A stretch of DNA of 64,000 nucleotides. Source: Eledone cirrhosa (Eukaryota). The stretch lies in assembly GCA_964016885.1 (NCBI GenBank), contig OZ024755.1, forward strand, positions 15,748,001 to 15,812,000, written 5' to 3'. The notes beneath the pieces are model-generated. The model searched no databases, was not told where the DNA came from, and saw only the letters and a list, made by a program, of their open reading frames with translations. Positions 1 to 10,590 of the stretch are shown here, in pieces. How positions within the stretch are numbered: the stretch's first letter is position 1; each line of letters begins with the position of its first letter. Made by a program: the position numbers and the translations under genes.

Positions 1-1953
1 CTTATAAACAGATAAAATGAATTATAAATCAGCTGCATTAGGCTTATAAAAATGTTTTACAAGAAACTACGAGTATATAGGAATACATAGAATTAAGAGA
101 TATTAGCATACGGTCTCCATTCTTACGGAAGTTAGACAGAGTAGAAGAATATTGAAGCAATATACAAACATGTCAACTAAAAGTCTTTAAAAAGTTGATG
201 ATCGAAAGCATTCTGCTAGTTGTATGAGATTACGAAAAAAATAGAGAAATAAATCTGGTGACCAATGTGATTCATGGCACTTCTGCTGAATATATTTCAA
301 AATATTGAAATAAACACGTTTGTTTAACCTGCATCTCAATAACCCGTTATAAAAGAAAATATGGCATGAACACACTGCACATACTTTCACCTGCTAGAAA
401 TTTCAAGCAGATATCCCCCAATGTACACTATACGATTTTAAGGATTGATGTTTTTATACAATGCTTCACATAATATACAGAAGTAAGAGATGGTAACGGT
501 ATAACGTCTTTAATAATTGATCTACTTGTGCGGGGTAAGTTTGGGCTGAAATTTAACATCAACAGCAATAACACAAGTCTATAAAAAACATACACCACTA
601 TATTTGTTTGTGACTTAATCATCAACGATGATCATTTTGCACGACCTCGTAGTTGGAGGAGTTTAAGTCTGTCCTAGAATCTCTTCAAGTCAGAGTTACC
701 CCAGTTTCATTGACGTTAAGTGACTGAGAGTACAAGCTGGCCCGTCACAGCGTTAAGCTCCATTTACTACTGTTGCTGTTACTGCTGCTTATTACCAGCT
801 GAGTGGACTAAAGGAAAGTGAAATATACCGTTTTAATCAAAAACATAAGCCATCCGGTCCTGTGATAAACTCAGGATTTTATGATCCTGAACACAATACA
901 TGAACCACTTTAAAGGCTGAAAGAATCTACCTCTCATGGGTTGGGATGGGGTTCGATATAATAGATTTTCATACACACCATATTGCTTAAATTAAAAACC
1001 ATTATAATTTATGTAAATATTTGAAGTTAATTATCGGTTATCATGATATCATTATCTTGTTATTTAGGATATTGCTTAAAGTAACCTGATTCTATATACG
1101 TGTAAATGTTTGAGCTATTACTAATGAAATATATATTTTTACCGATAGTCAATACATATTCGGGGCACTATATTCGTTAAAGGGCATCACATGACAATCA
1201 AAACATTGTTTAAGTTCGAGACCATGTTGTGGTCCAGTATTTTTTTTATTTCAACATAGTACCTTCTGATTTCTCCTTAATCCGAAAAGATAAATGTTTC
1301 CCCTTTTGCTAAAAATAATGATCTAATATATTGCTGATGTTGTTGTTTTGATTATTTAGAATGAACATAGCCTCTGTTAAGGTGTCATCATATCCTTCGT
1401 CCGGTTTAGCCTCACCATCAAGCCCTCTGGTGTCTTTAGAAAGTCCACTCTGTTGTAGGTATTCGAACCATATCTCCGGTTTTGGTTACACTATCCTCTT
1501 TCGCTAGTGTTCAACAGTCCTTGGTGGCCCAGAAAAAATGTCATGGTCATGACGCTTCTTTCCCTATATGATCCTTAGTACAAACTCAATCATTAACAAT
1601 CTTAAGAAGACAGTGGACTAACAGACATTCAATGATGTCACTCCTCCAGATGACAAGTGGTTATCAACGGTTTATACTTGATCCGGTAATGAGGCTCTAT
1701 CGAAATGATGATGAGCAATGAGAAGTTAAGTTGGCTAAACTGACAGATATTTCTGCACATTCAGTAATTAAGATTTATTAAAACCAAACATAGCAGAAAT
1801 AAACAGTACGACAATTATTTGACTTTTCTGTGTTTTTTTTTTTTTGTTTCCATTGCATTGCTCTTCCCTCATATGAATATATGTATATGTCTTTGTGCAT
1901 ATATACATATATATGCGCACACATGTATGCATACATATATACATTCACTATAA

Positions 1954-2022
<69 letters not shown>

Positions 2023-2524
2023 CATGCACGCATATATGCATACATATGTATATATATGTATGTGTGTGTGTGTGTGTGTGTGTGTACACTATAAAACACT
2101 CGCATTTACATATATATAAACTACACACACATATGTGTGTGTGTGTATGTGTATGCCTCGCATGCGTTTGTGTGTGTAACAGAAAAATGTTCCAGTCGTG
2201 TATTTCTATCCAGTAACATATGTTGAGACTACACAATACTACAGTAAGTTATACAAGAGGGAAGCTGCGCATCTTCTGTTTACAAACTCCATAATAAGAT
2301 CAAGCAATAAAATGACAAAATGTTGTTCAGCAGAACAAGAGTAAGGTTTTTGTTGTTGTTGGTGGTGGTGGTTTGTTTATTTTTTACTGCCTGCTATAAT
2401 ATGAAGTGTTCTTTGTTATGTTTAAGGCATACCAGAGAGAGAAAGTTAATTAAATAAATCATATAATGCATGTGAATTCAAATATTGGCAGTGTTGATAC
2501 ATAAACATACATACATGCACACTC

Positions 2525-2688
<164 letters not shown>

Positions 2689-2695
2689 TGCGTAT

Positions 2696-2730
<35 letters not shown>

Positions 2731-2777
2731 CATACATATATGTATATATATTCATTTCATTAAGGTTAAATAGTGAG

Positions 2778-2824
2778 TCTTGTTACTGTGGAGTTTCGCC
2801 TGTTTTAAGCAGACGAAACTCCAG
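2778..2824. repeat. Fold-back remnant of hammerhead family B (two inverted 3' halves)
   Basis: tcttgttactgtggagtttcgcctgtt matches 7436-7462. It is followed by an inverted cagacgaaactccag. There is no CUGANGA half. Confidence 0.6.
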
Positions 2825-3239
2825 ATTGATTGATCTAAACTCCCTTTTCGGTTGAATTGAAAATGACAGCTATGTTTAGCGTTCCTACGAAATTGTCTCC
2901 TGACTACTTGTTGCCAATTTCATTCTCTTTATTACGCATGTCTTCTTTTAAAGAAAACGTGTGTTGTTGGCTTGGTTCAAAAATCTTTCCCTATTGCCGC
3001 TGACTCCCTCTGATGAGAAATGTGTCTGGCAATAGTGATTGTCTTCATTAACTAAGATGGTTAGTATTGTTCTTGCTTTGCAACTGCAGTAAGGGGAAAA
3101 TGACGCGAGTATACGCATCTTTTACTTTAAATTTATTTTGTTCGTGCCTGCCTTGTTTTGAATATATATATATATATATATACGATATTAACAATAAATA
3201 AATATTGTCAATATTTATTTATAAAACTGCTCTATATTA

Positions 3240-3304
3240 TATTTTACCTGATGAAAGCACACCATAATTTAACTTGGTGTCCTTGAAATATGTATAATGA
3301 AATA
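3240..3304 (+). ncRNA. Minimal type I hammerhead ribozyme motif, family A (within a dispersed repeat, ~3215-3425)
   Basis: tattttac-CTGATGA(3248)-aagcacacca..tggtgtcctt (stem II, 1 mismatch)-GAAA(3285)-tatgta-TA-atgaaata. The flanks are homologous to 45990-46123 (+) and 45690-45900 (-). Confidence 0.65.
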
Positions 3305-4966
3305 AATATGGTTTTATAAATATAGTTTCCATTTTTTAATATCGTATTACTCCAATTATTTGTTGAGTGCTTTATATCAGTTATAAAAATATTTGCTTGT
3401 TGTATCCCAACAATTTAAATAGAACTTTTACATATATATATATATAATATGTCAATCAACAAGTTATTTGTCTATAATTAAGACATTTCAATAAAAAGAT
3501 AATTCATCAACTCAGAGTAGCAATTAAACATATTAAACTTAGGCCTCAGACAAATTAAAATAAGCCAATTTTACCCATATACTATCCCCAATCGCGGTTA
3601 CTAAAATTAAGAAACAATATCAATTATTTGAATAAATTAAAACAACCAATATATGAGTAACACTGACTTTGTCTAACAAATCGAAATTTTGGTTTAAGTT
3701 TATATATATATATATGAGAATGAGAGAGCTGCGAGTGATGGAGAAAGTAAAGTGACTACCCCGTGTGTACCGTATACGCCAGCACATAGAATATCTAACA
3801 AGCAAACGTCAGTGAATGATTTAATAGAAAAATGACACGACTTTATGTTGGCCAACGGCTATATCTCTGAGTCAACAGGCTTTTCTTCTTGCACAAGCAC
3901 GTACACAATGATTGGGAAACATATAGGAATCAAATAGAGACAGAGAAGGGAAGAACAGAAAAAGTTATGTAGAGGAACAGAGAGAGACTGAGAGATAGGG
4001 AGGAGAGAGCGGTCTTGAAAAAGAGACAGTGGAGGGTGTTATAGACGGAGAGACAGAAAGGAAGAACAGAAAGAGATATATAGAGAGGAAGAGAGAGAAT
4101 AAGAGAGAGGAGAAGAGAGCGATGTAGAGAAAGAAACATGGGACTGTGATAGAGGGAGAGACAGAAGGGAAGACCAGAAATTTATTTTGCTCGAGAAAGT
4201 TTTATAGAGGAAGATAGGGGCTGAGTGAGTGAACGAGCGAGAAAGATAATGTATGATAGAGGGAAATGGCGATGTAGAGGAAGTACGGGTGGCTGTGATG
4301 GCGGGAGAGAAAGAAAGGAAAAAACGTAAATTTATTTTGCTCGAGAACGGGTTATATAGAGGAGGGAGAGAGGGGGGAAAATGGGTGAATGAACGAAAGA
4401 AAGAGTGAGAGATAGGGGGAGAAAGCGTTGTAGAGGAAGGGACAGTACGGCTATATATAGAGGGAGAGACAAAATTAGCTGAAGGGACAGACACAGGGAG
4501 AGAGTGAAAATAAAATAAAGACATATTAAGATGAAGAAGAGATGGAATATAAAAGAGGAGAGTTATACAACAGTTGTCATTCCAATCATACATATATTAA
4601 GGTGGCTATAGGAAAGGAGACATGTTAAGGTGTATAGTTTCAGTTGAATATATGTGAACACACGTCACCTCTATCAACTTCCGATCTATGTGGAACCAAA
4701 TGTAACATAAGTGTCATGTTACATTTTTATCCTTTTGCCGCACCCTATCCCTATCCCAACACCCCAACCATTCCATACGCAATTATAGTCGATTAAATAT
4801 TTTATAAAAAAGTTGGCCACCAAGTATATTTTTTTCTGATGATAATAAAAATGAGAAAATACGTATATTTTATGAGCGAGAAAGGCACACAGTGTTGTGG
4901 ACACAGTTACAACGAACAACACGAAGTAAAGAGAAAGCGAAATGAACAAAATACAAAAACAATATA

Positions 4967-5043
<77 letters not shown>

Positions 5044-5051
<8 letters not shown>

Positions 5052-5429
5052 ATACTTGGGGAGGGTCATACTGTTGCCAGAAATAATAACAGAACACACT
5101 CACTGTTTGGTTGGTTTTCGCTTCTGTATCTTTTATATCTTTATTGTTAATTTATTTGGTAATCAATGTTTATCATTTACTGACCAACGGTTAAAAATAC
5201 CACTGATGATGTTGCAGATGTGCAACGAAAGTACTTTGTTAGACTATATATATATATATTTATATCTGTATTTTTAACTGTTGGTCAGTCAATGATAAAC
5301 ATTGATTGCCAAATAAATTAACTATAGAGATATAAAAGATACAGAAGCGAGAACTAACCAAACAGTGAGTGTGTTCTGTTATTATTTCTGGCAATATTAT
5401 TACATGACCCTCCCCAAGTATAACAATAT
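5044..5429. mobile_element. Fold-back element with ~157-bp inverted arms (5044-5200 / 5268-5429) and TGTTATAC...GTATAACA ends
   Basis: Arms are reverse complements with scattered mismatches. The left end abuts (TA)n. A similar terminus (tgttatactttgagagcgtcat) recurs at ~53683. Confidence 0.7.
5197..5242 (+). ncRNA. Minimal type I hammerhead motif, family C, in the spacer of the fold-back
   Basis: atacca-CTGATGA-t-GTTGCA-gatg-TGCAAC-GAAA-gtac-TT-tgttag. Perfect 6-bp stem II, palindromic AAAGTACTTT stem III region, degenerate stem I. Confidence 0.6.
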
Positions 5430-5499
5430 CTGTTTCGACACACGATTTCATATCAAAACCTTGCTAAACACATACACACACACACACATATACATATAT

Positions 5500-5537
<38 letters not shown>

Positions 5538-5601
5538 GATGGTGAAATATAGCTTCCGCCGTATTTTTTACTAATTTTCAAAACAGGGCTAAGCGCTGTA
5601 T

Positions 5602-5679
<78 letters not shown>

Positions 5680-5699
5680 AATAGTGATAAATGGTAATG

Positions 5700-6022
5700 A
5701 CTGGAACTTCGTCGATTACGAAGATGAGTGTTCCAGTTGATACAATCAACAAAACACTGCTCTTAAAATTAACTTGCAAATGGTTGAGCATTTCACTGTC
5801 ATACGTACTCTTAACGTAATTCTCAGGGAGATTCATTGTGACACGAAATGTGACATAGCCGACCCGTCAAAATACAAGTACAACTCATTTTTTTTTCAGC
5901 TGAGTGGACTGGAGCAACATGAAATAAAATGTTTTGCTTAAGGATACAACGCTCCACCGGGAATCGAAATCATGAACTTACGATGGTGATCTGAATATTT
6001 CTAACCATTAAACCACGCACCT
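5700..6022 (-). mobile_element. tRNA-derived CORE-type SINE (octopus OR2-like)
   Basis: Minus strand reads tRNA-like head (tggttag..ttcgattcc), then gcgttgtatccttaagcaaaacattttatttcatgttgctccagtccactcagctg, resembling the CORE domain. Shares its 3' body with 41061-41392. Confidence 0.7.
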
Positions 6023-6040
6023 TCGTAATAAATAGTAATA

Positions 6041-6147
6041 ATAATTGTTATTATGTTGGCACAAGGCCAGCAATTTCCCAGTACATTACTGGTACTTTAT
6101 TTTATCGACCCCGTAAGGATGAAAGGCAAAGTTAACCTCGGCGGGAT
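6041..6147 (-). mobile_element. Meta-type tRNA SINE, 3' part
   Basis: Reverse complement of gccgaggttaactttgcctttcatccttacggggtcgataaaataaagtaccagt. Confidence 0.8.
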
Positions 6148-6186
6148 GTTGACATGTTGTTTTCCTGTATTATGATGAGTTCAAAT

Positions 6187-6380
6187 GGGCGGTGGATTGG
6201 CAGTATCGGTAGAGGGTCGGACGCCATGCTTTTCAGCAAAGAGTTACGGCTCTTTATGATCTGAGTTCAAATCCCGCCGAGGTTAACTTTGCCTTTCATC
6301 CTTATGGGGTCGATAAAATAAAGTACCAGTAACACACTGGATTATTGCTGGCCTTGTACCAAAAGTAAAAACAATTATTA
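6187..6380 (+). mobile_element. Full-length Meta-type tRNA SINE
   Basis: A-box-like tggcagtatcgg, B-box gagttcaaatc, central gcctttcatccttatggggtcgataaaataaagtaccag resembling the Meta/MESC domain, AT-rich tail. Confidence 0.85.
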
Positions 6381-6392
6381 TAAATAGTAATA

Positions 6393-6506
6393 ATAATTGT
6401 TTCTACTTTTGGCACAAGGCCAGCAATTACTCAGTGCATTACTGGTACTTTATTTTATCGACCCCCATAAGGATGAAAGGCAAAGTTAACCTCGACGGGA
6501 TTTGAA
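6393..6506 (-). mobile_element. Meta-type SINE, 3' part (inverted against 6187-6380)
   Basis: Reverse complement of the same consensus. Confidence 0.8.
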
Positions 6507-6634
6507 ATAGTAATAATAGTAATAATAATACAGAAAAGATACATGTCAACAAGGAAAAAAACGCCGCCTTACGGTAATTCCAGGGACATACACACAAAAC
6601 CTTGGGTCACTACGAGGGTCGACTAAAAGGTGAA

Positions 6635-6818
6635 TTGGCAGTATCGGTAGAGCGTCAGACAACATGCTTTAGGGCATAGAGTTACGGACCTTTACAATCT
6701 GAGTTCAAATCCTGTCGAGGTTAGCTTTTCCTTTCATCCTTACGGGGTCGATAAAATAAAGTACCAGTAATGCACTGGGGTCAATATAATTGTTGGCCTT
6801 GTGCCTAAATCAGAAACC
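6635..6818 (+). mobile_element. Meta-type SINE, near full length
   Basis: ttggcagtatcggtagagcgtc...gagttcaaatcc...ctttcatccttacggggtcgataaaataaagtacc. Confidence 0.8.
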
Positions 6819-6840
6819 AGTAATTACTACTGCTATGTAT

Positions 6841-6972
6841 TATGTGTATTGAAATATGTGTATGTGTATTTAGATATGTGTATGTGTATTTAGATATGTA
6901 TACGGTATTTAGATATGTGTATATAGATATGTGTATGTGTACTTAAATATATGTATGTGTATTTAAATATAT
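6841..6972. repeat. Minisatellite, ~20-bp unit (ATTTAGATATGTGTATGTGT)
   Basis: About six degenerate tandem copies. Confidence 0.75.
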
Positions 6973-7353
6973 CCAATCATCAAAATTATTTCATAGTAAA
7001 AACAAGAAAATAAATTAAGTGCCAATCGATCTTTGGAAAAGATATTACATATTTTCTCTTTACTTCATCTAATGGAAGAGCGAGTTTATAAAATGCGAAT
7101 TAATCCTCGACAGTAGTGAGTGTGATGTGAATTATTAAACAACTACAGATAACAAATCAATTTCTGTTATCTGAATGTAAATCAATAACGACGCAATGTA
7201 ACAACAATTTGGGCTCTGCTCTGCTCTATTCTCTTCTGCTGCTATTAAAGTGATATTTCTTCTGTCTTTCTCGTCTGTGACTACCAGAAGATCTACGCTT
7301 GTTGAACGCATAACTGACGCTATGACGGAGACGACTTCCCACCAGTATCACCA

Positions 7354-7402
<49 letters not shown>

Positions 7403-7435
7403 GATATATTCATGCTATTAAGTCTAAATACTGAG

Positions 7436-7485
7436 TCTTGTTACTCTGGAGTTTCGCCTGTTTATAACAGGGTCTTCAGACAAGA
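7436..7485 (-). ncRNA. Type I hammerhead ribozyme motif, family B, complete
   Basis: Minus strand: UCUUGU-CUGAAGA-C-CCUGUU-AUA-AACAGG-C-GAAA-CUC-CA-GAG-UA-ACAAGA. Stem I 6 bp, stem II 6 bp (C.C at its base), stem III, GUA cleavage triplet. Confidence 0.8.
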
Positions 7486-7487
7486 AT

Positions 7488-7530
7488 TTGTCTGATGACT
7501 GTGATAAACAGGCGAAACTCCAGAGACTCA
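7488..7530 (+). ncRNA. Inverted, damaged partner copy of hammerhead family B
   Basis: ttgt-CTGATGA-ctgtgataaacaggc-GAAA-ctccagag, then a 7-nt deletion (taacaag) that removes the cleavage site. Confidence 0.6.
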
Positions 7531-8324
7531 CGATGTAACCTTAATAAAATGAATACTTAAACTCTACTTCGGTATTGATTATTCTTATCTCTCACCCGTC
7601 AACCACATATGGATATATATATATACAACCGAGTTTAAATTCTTAAAAACAATAAATAACTACTTTAACAGGTGCAGTAGTCATTTGTGATAAATTTGAA
7701 ACAAAAATACATGTGTGTGTGTGTGTGTTTACGCACGCGTCAACAGCTTTCCCGTTTCTGGTGTCTATGACATTGCAGCTCTTACATTTTGAATGACTGG
7801 CAGGCACAACATATGACGCGCAGAGTGAAACGATACCTAAAGTAACTGAAAGTTACAAACCAGGCAATGCCGGTCTTAAGATTTGATCGAAACGTTCTTA
7901 TATTATGAATGCCAAAAATGTCCCCTTGATGTTGTTGTAAATATATTGTGTGGTCAAAGCAAAGTTCATCAATCATAGGAAAGATAATCTGATTATAAAA
8001 TGTATAAAACTATAGGAATTTACAATATACAAAGCTATGCTAAAATCATCGAACCGTATCGCCAGTCTTCAATCGGATTACTATCCACCTGGATACTGAC
8101 GCAAGAAATTTAATTCTTTAATTCTTTTGCTGGTTTCAAGTCCATAGAAGGCGGCCATGCTGTCACACCACTGGTATAACATATCATCATCATCTTCATC
8201 AACAGCATCATGGTTATTTTTATACCAACATTTTCAAATTTACCTTTTTTCTCGATAACAAGCCCAGTTTACATTAATTCGGCCTTTATAGTCACCCAAC
8301 GTCTTGTACTTTGTGGCTAATACA

Positions 8325-8742
8325 GAAATAAGCACCAGTAATGCACTGGGGTCGATTTAATCGACTTTCCCCTCTACAAACAATTACTGACCTTGTGCCT
8401 CTAGAAGAAAGAGTTATGGCCCTTGCCATTCTGAGTTCAAATCCCACCGGGGTCGATAAAATAAAGTACCATTAATGCACTGGGTAATTGCTGGCCTTGT
8501 GCCAAAAGTAGAAACAATTATTACTATTTCAGCTGTCTGAAAATTGACAGTATCGGGAGAACTTCGGACAACATGCTTTGCGGCATATAATGATGTCTTT
8601 TTAGGTTCTGAGTTCAAATCCCGGCGAGATTAGCTTTGTCTTTTATCCTTACAGGGTCGATAAAATAGAGTACCAGTAACGCACTAGGGTCGATCTTTCC
8701 TCCTCCTTTCAAATTGCTGGCCTTGTTCCAAAAGTAGAAACG
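8325..8742 (+). mobile_element. Cluster of three Meta-type SINE copies/fragments
   Basis: Tail fragment ~8325-8410, internally deleted copy ~8415-8522, older near-full copy ~8545-8742. Confidence 0.75.
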
Positions 8743-9249
8743 AAGTATAGCTTTGTAAGGCTTGGGTACATACAGTATTTGTTGTGGTTTTTATATTCAG
8801 TTAATTAATTACTCATTTCATTAATAACAGAGATCTTTTATCTAATTTTATGACTTTTCCTACTCTTCGGTTTTCGTTTGACTATCTATGGTCATCGAAG
8901 TGTTGCCTTACAACGTATCTTGGGCCAACACAGCCGGGAAAAGCCCATCCCTCACTTTTCCTGCCTATATGTTTTTCATCCTTGCTTTAGACTTTGATAT
9001 TCTTAAACGGGTAGATATATGTATCTGACGATTTAATTTATTCATTTTTACGTATTAGATATTTATTGCTTACATTCTTAGTGGTTTTTGTTTCATTTTA
9101 TTGCGTATTCTTTCTTTTAAAATCTCTACCTTAATTTTATTCATTTTTTGGTTTGAGTTTTTAGGATATGTCATCTTAAGTTAGGTAGTCTGTTGGGGTC
9201 CTGCTTTCAGCTTAGATCCGGACTTTTTGTCCTCCAAATTTTACACAAC

Positions 9250-9452
9250 TACGAGAGTCGACTGAAACGTTCCTAGATTGTCTATGAAGGATTGATGCTA
9301 GAGTTGTGAAATATTGCATGCATTAATTTCACCTCTTCTTATTAATAACTGCCTTGTTACTTTCCAAGGGACTATGTTGAAAAATAAGTCTTATGTAGTC
9401 ATTCCTTGAGAGTATCGTGGTCAGCCTATGAACGTTTCAGCCTACCCTCGTA
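9250..9452 (-). mobile_element. Tc1/mariner-type MITE (~200 bp)
   Basis: TA-cgagagtcgactgaaacgttc ... gaacgtttcagcctaccctcg-TA terminal inverted repeats. The interior is the reverse complement of 55922-56123. Confidence 0.8.
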
Positions 9453-9883
9453 TGTTGTCAAAATGTTGTTCAATACAATATATTCCTTCCACTGCCATTT
9501 ATGCTTCTCTTTCTGAGAGAGTTGAGTAGTAAATTCCTGGGTATCGAAGTATTTTGGGGTTTTGTGAGTGGTGGAAAGAGTGTAGAGTTTATTTATACGT
9601 GATATAAGATCGCCAAATTCTATGGAAATATTTAATAAATCAATATATCAATTATATGCCATAATTACCAATACACTTTGCATGTCGTATTTATGCAGTT
9701 ATCTTTCGAATTTTCAATTTTTTTTCGATTTAATATTTATTAACCGTAAATATTGAATATGTTTCAGAAGAATCTAGTAGAGTTCTGTTTCTGTATTTGT
9801 TCCCAAGCTTTACCGGTCAGTGTCTTTTACAGTAGCCTCAAACCAATTATGTCATTATTAAGACAATTGGATAATAACACAAT

Positions 9884-10270
9884 GAACGTAACTTAATATT
9901 AAAACTTGGTTTACCAAGGTTGTATATAATTGCCACTAGGTGTACAGTATAGCAAGATTTCATTGAATTTAGATAGAATTCTATATTATAAAGTCGTTAA
10001 CTTCATCAACACTGCTAAATTGTATGGATTATTCTACATCAAAGTAGAATCACTGACAAAGATTACTGATTGTAATACATCATCTCCATTGATTTACTTA
10101 TACATCTAAATTAAAGGCAGTTTCCTTTAAATAAACTACGTTTACGCTAGTCGTATATTCATCTTTTCGTTCAATATATAGTATATATTCAAAATCTGTA
10201 TACACGCCTTTCTCACGTTATATAATATACTGAGCATTGTATTTTGTAAGTTCTTCAAAATCTCTACACA
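9884..10270. repeat. Left arm of long inverted repeat (partner 13595-13980)
   Basis: 9910-10150 is the reverse complement of 13714-13954 with one mismatch seen. The flanks are clearly more diverged. Confidence 0.9.
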
Positions 10271-10401
10271 TGCCTTTCGTTCAAGATATAGTATTTTATC
10301 AAAGTTTGTATACAAACGTTTCTTAACGTTATAAAGTATTGAGCATTCGCTTAATATATAGTATATCATCAAAGTTTGTATACATACCTTTCGCAACGTT
10401 A

Positions 10402-10478
10402 TACGAGGATCGACTGAAAGGTGACTATGAAGCAGTGATGCTAGAGCTGTGTCATTTTCCATGCATTGATTTCAACTA
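10402..10478 (-). mobile_element. Left part of a split mariner-type MITE (continues at 13042-13115)
   Basis: tacgaggatcgactgaaag...gatgctagagctgtg...catgcattgatttcaact is colinear with the start of the 9250 copy. Confidence 0.7.
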
Positions 10479-10590
10479 TTATGGAGAGGGCGAGAGAGAT
10501 GGAGGCGATGACAGTGGGAGTTCGGCTCTTCTGTGTTCGAACCTGGTGTGTAGTGTCAGTTGTCCGTAAGGAGGTAGTGATTCATATATA

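Noticed and set aside
3010-3030. CTGATGAGAAA as a hammerhead
   Set aside because: No stem II and no convincing stem I. Similar isolated CTGANGA words at ~4836, ~14990, ~33368 and ~55684 also lack stems.
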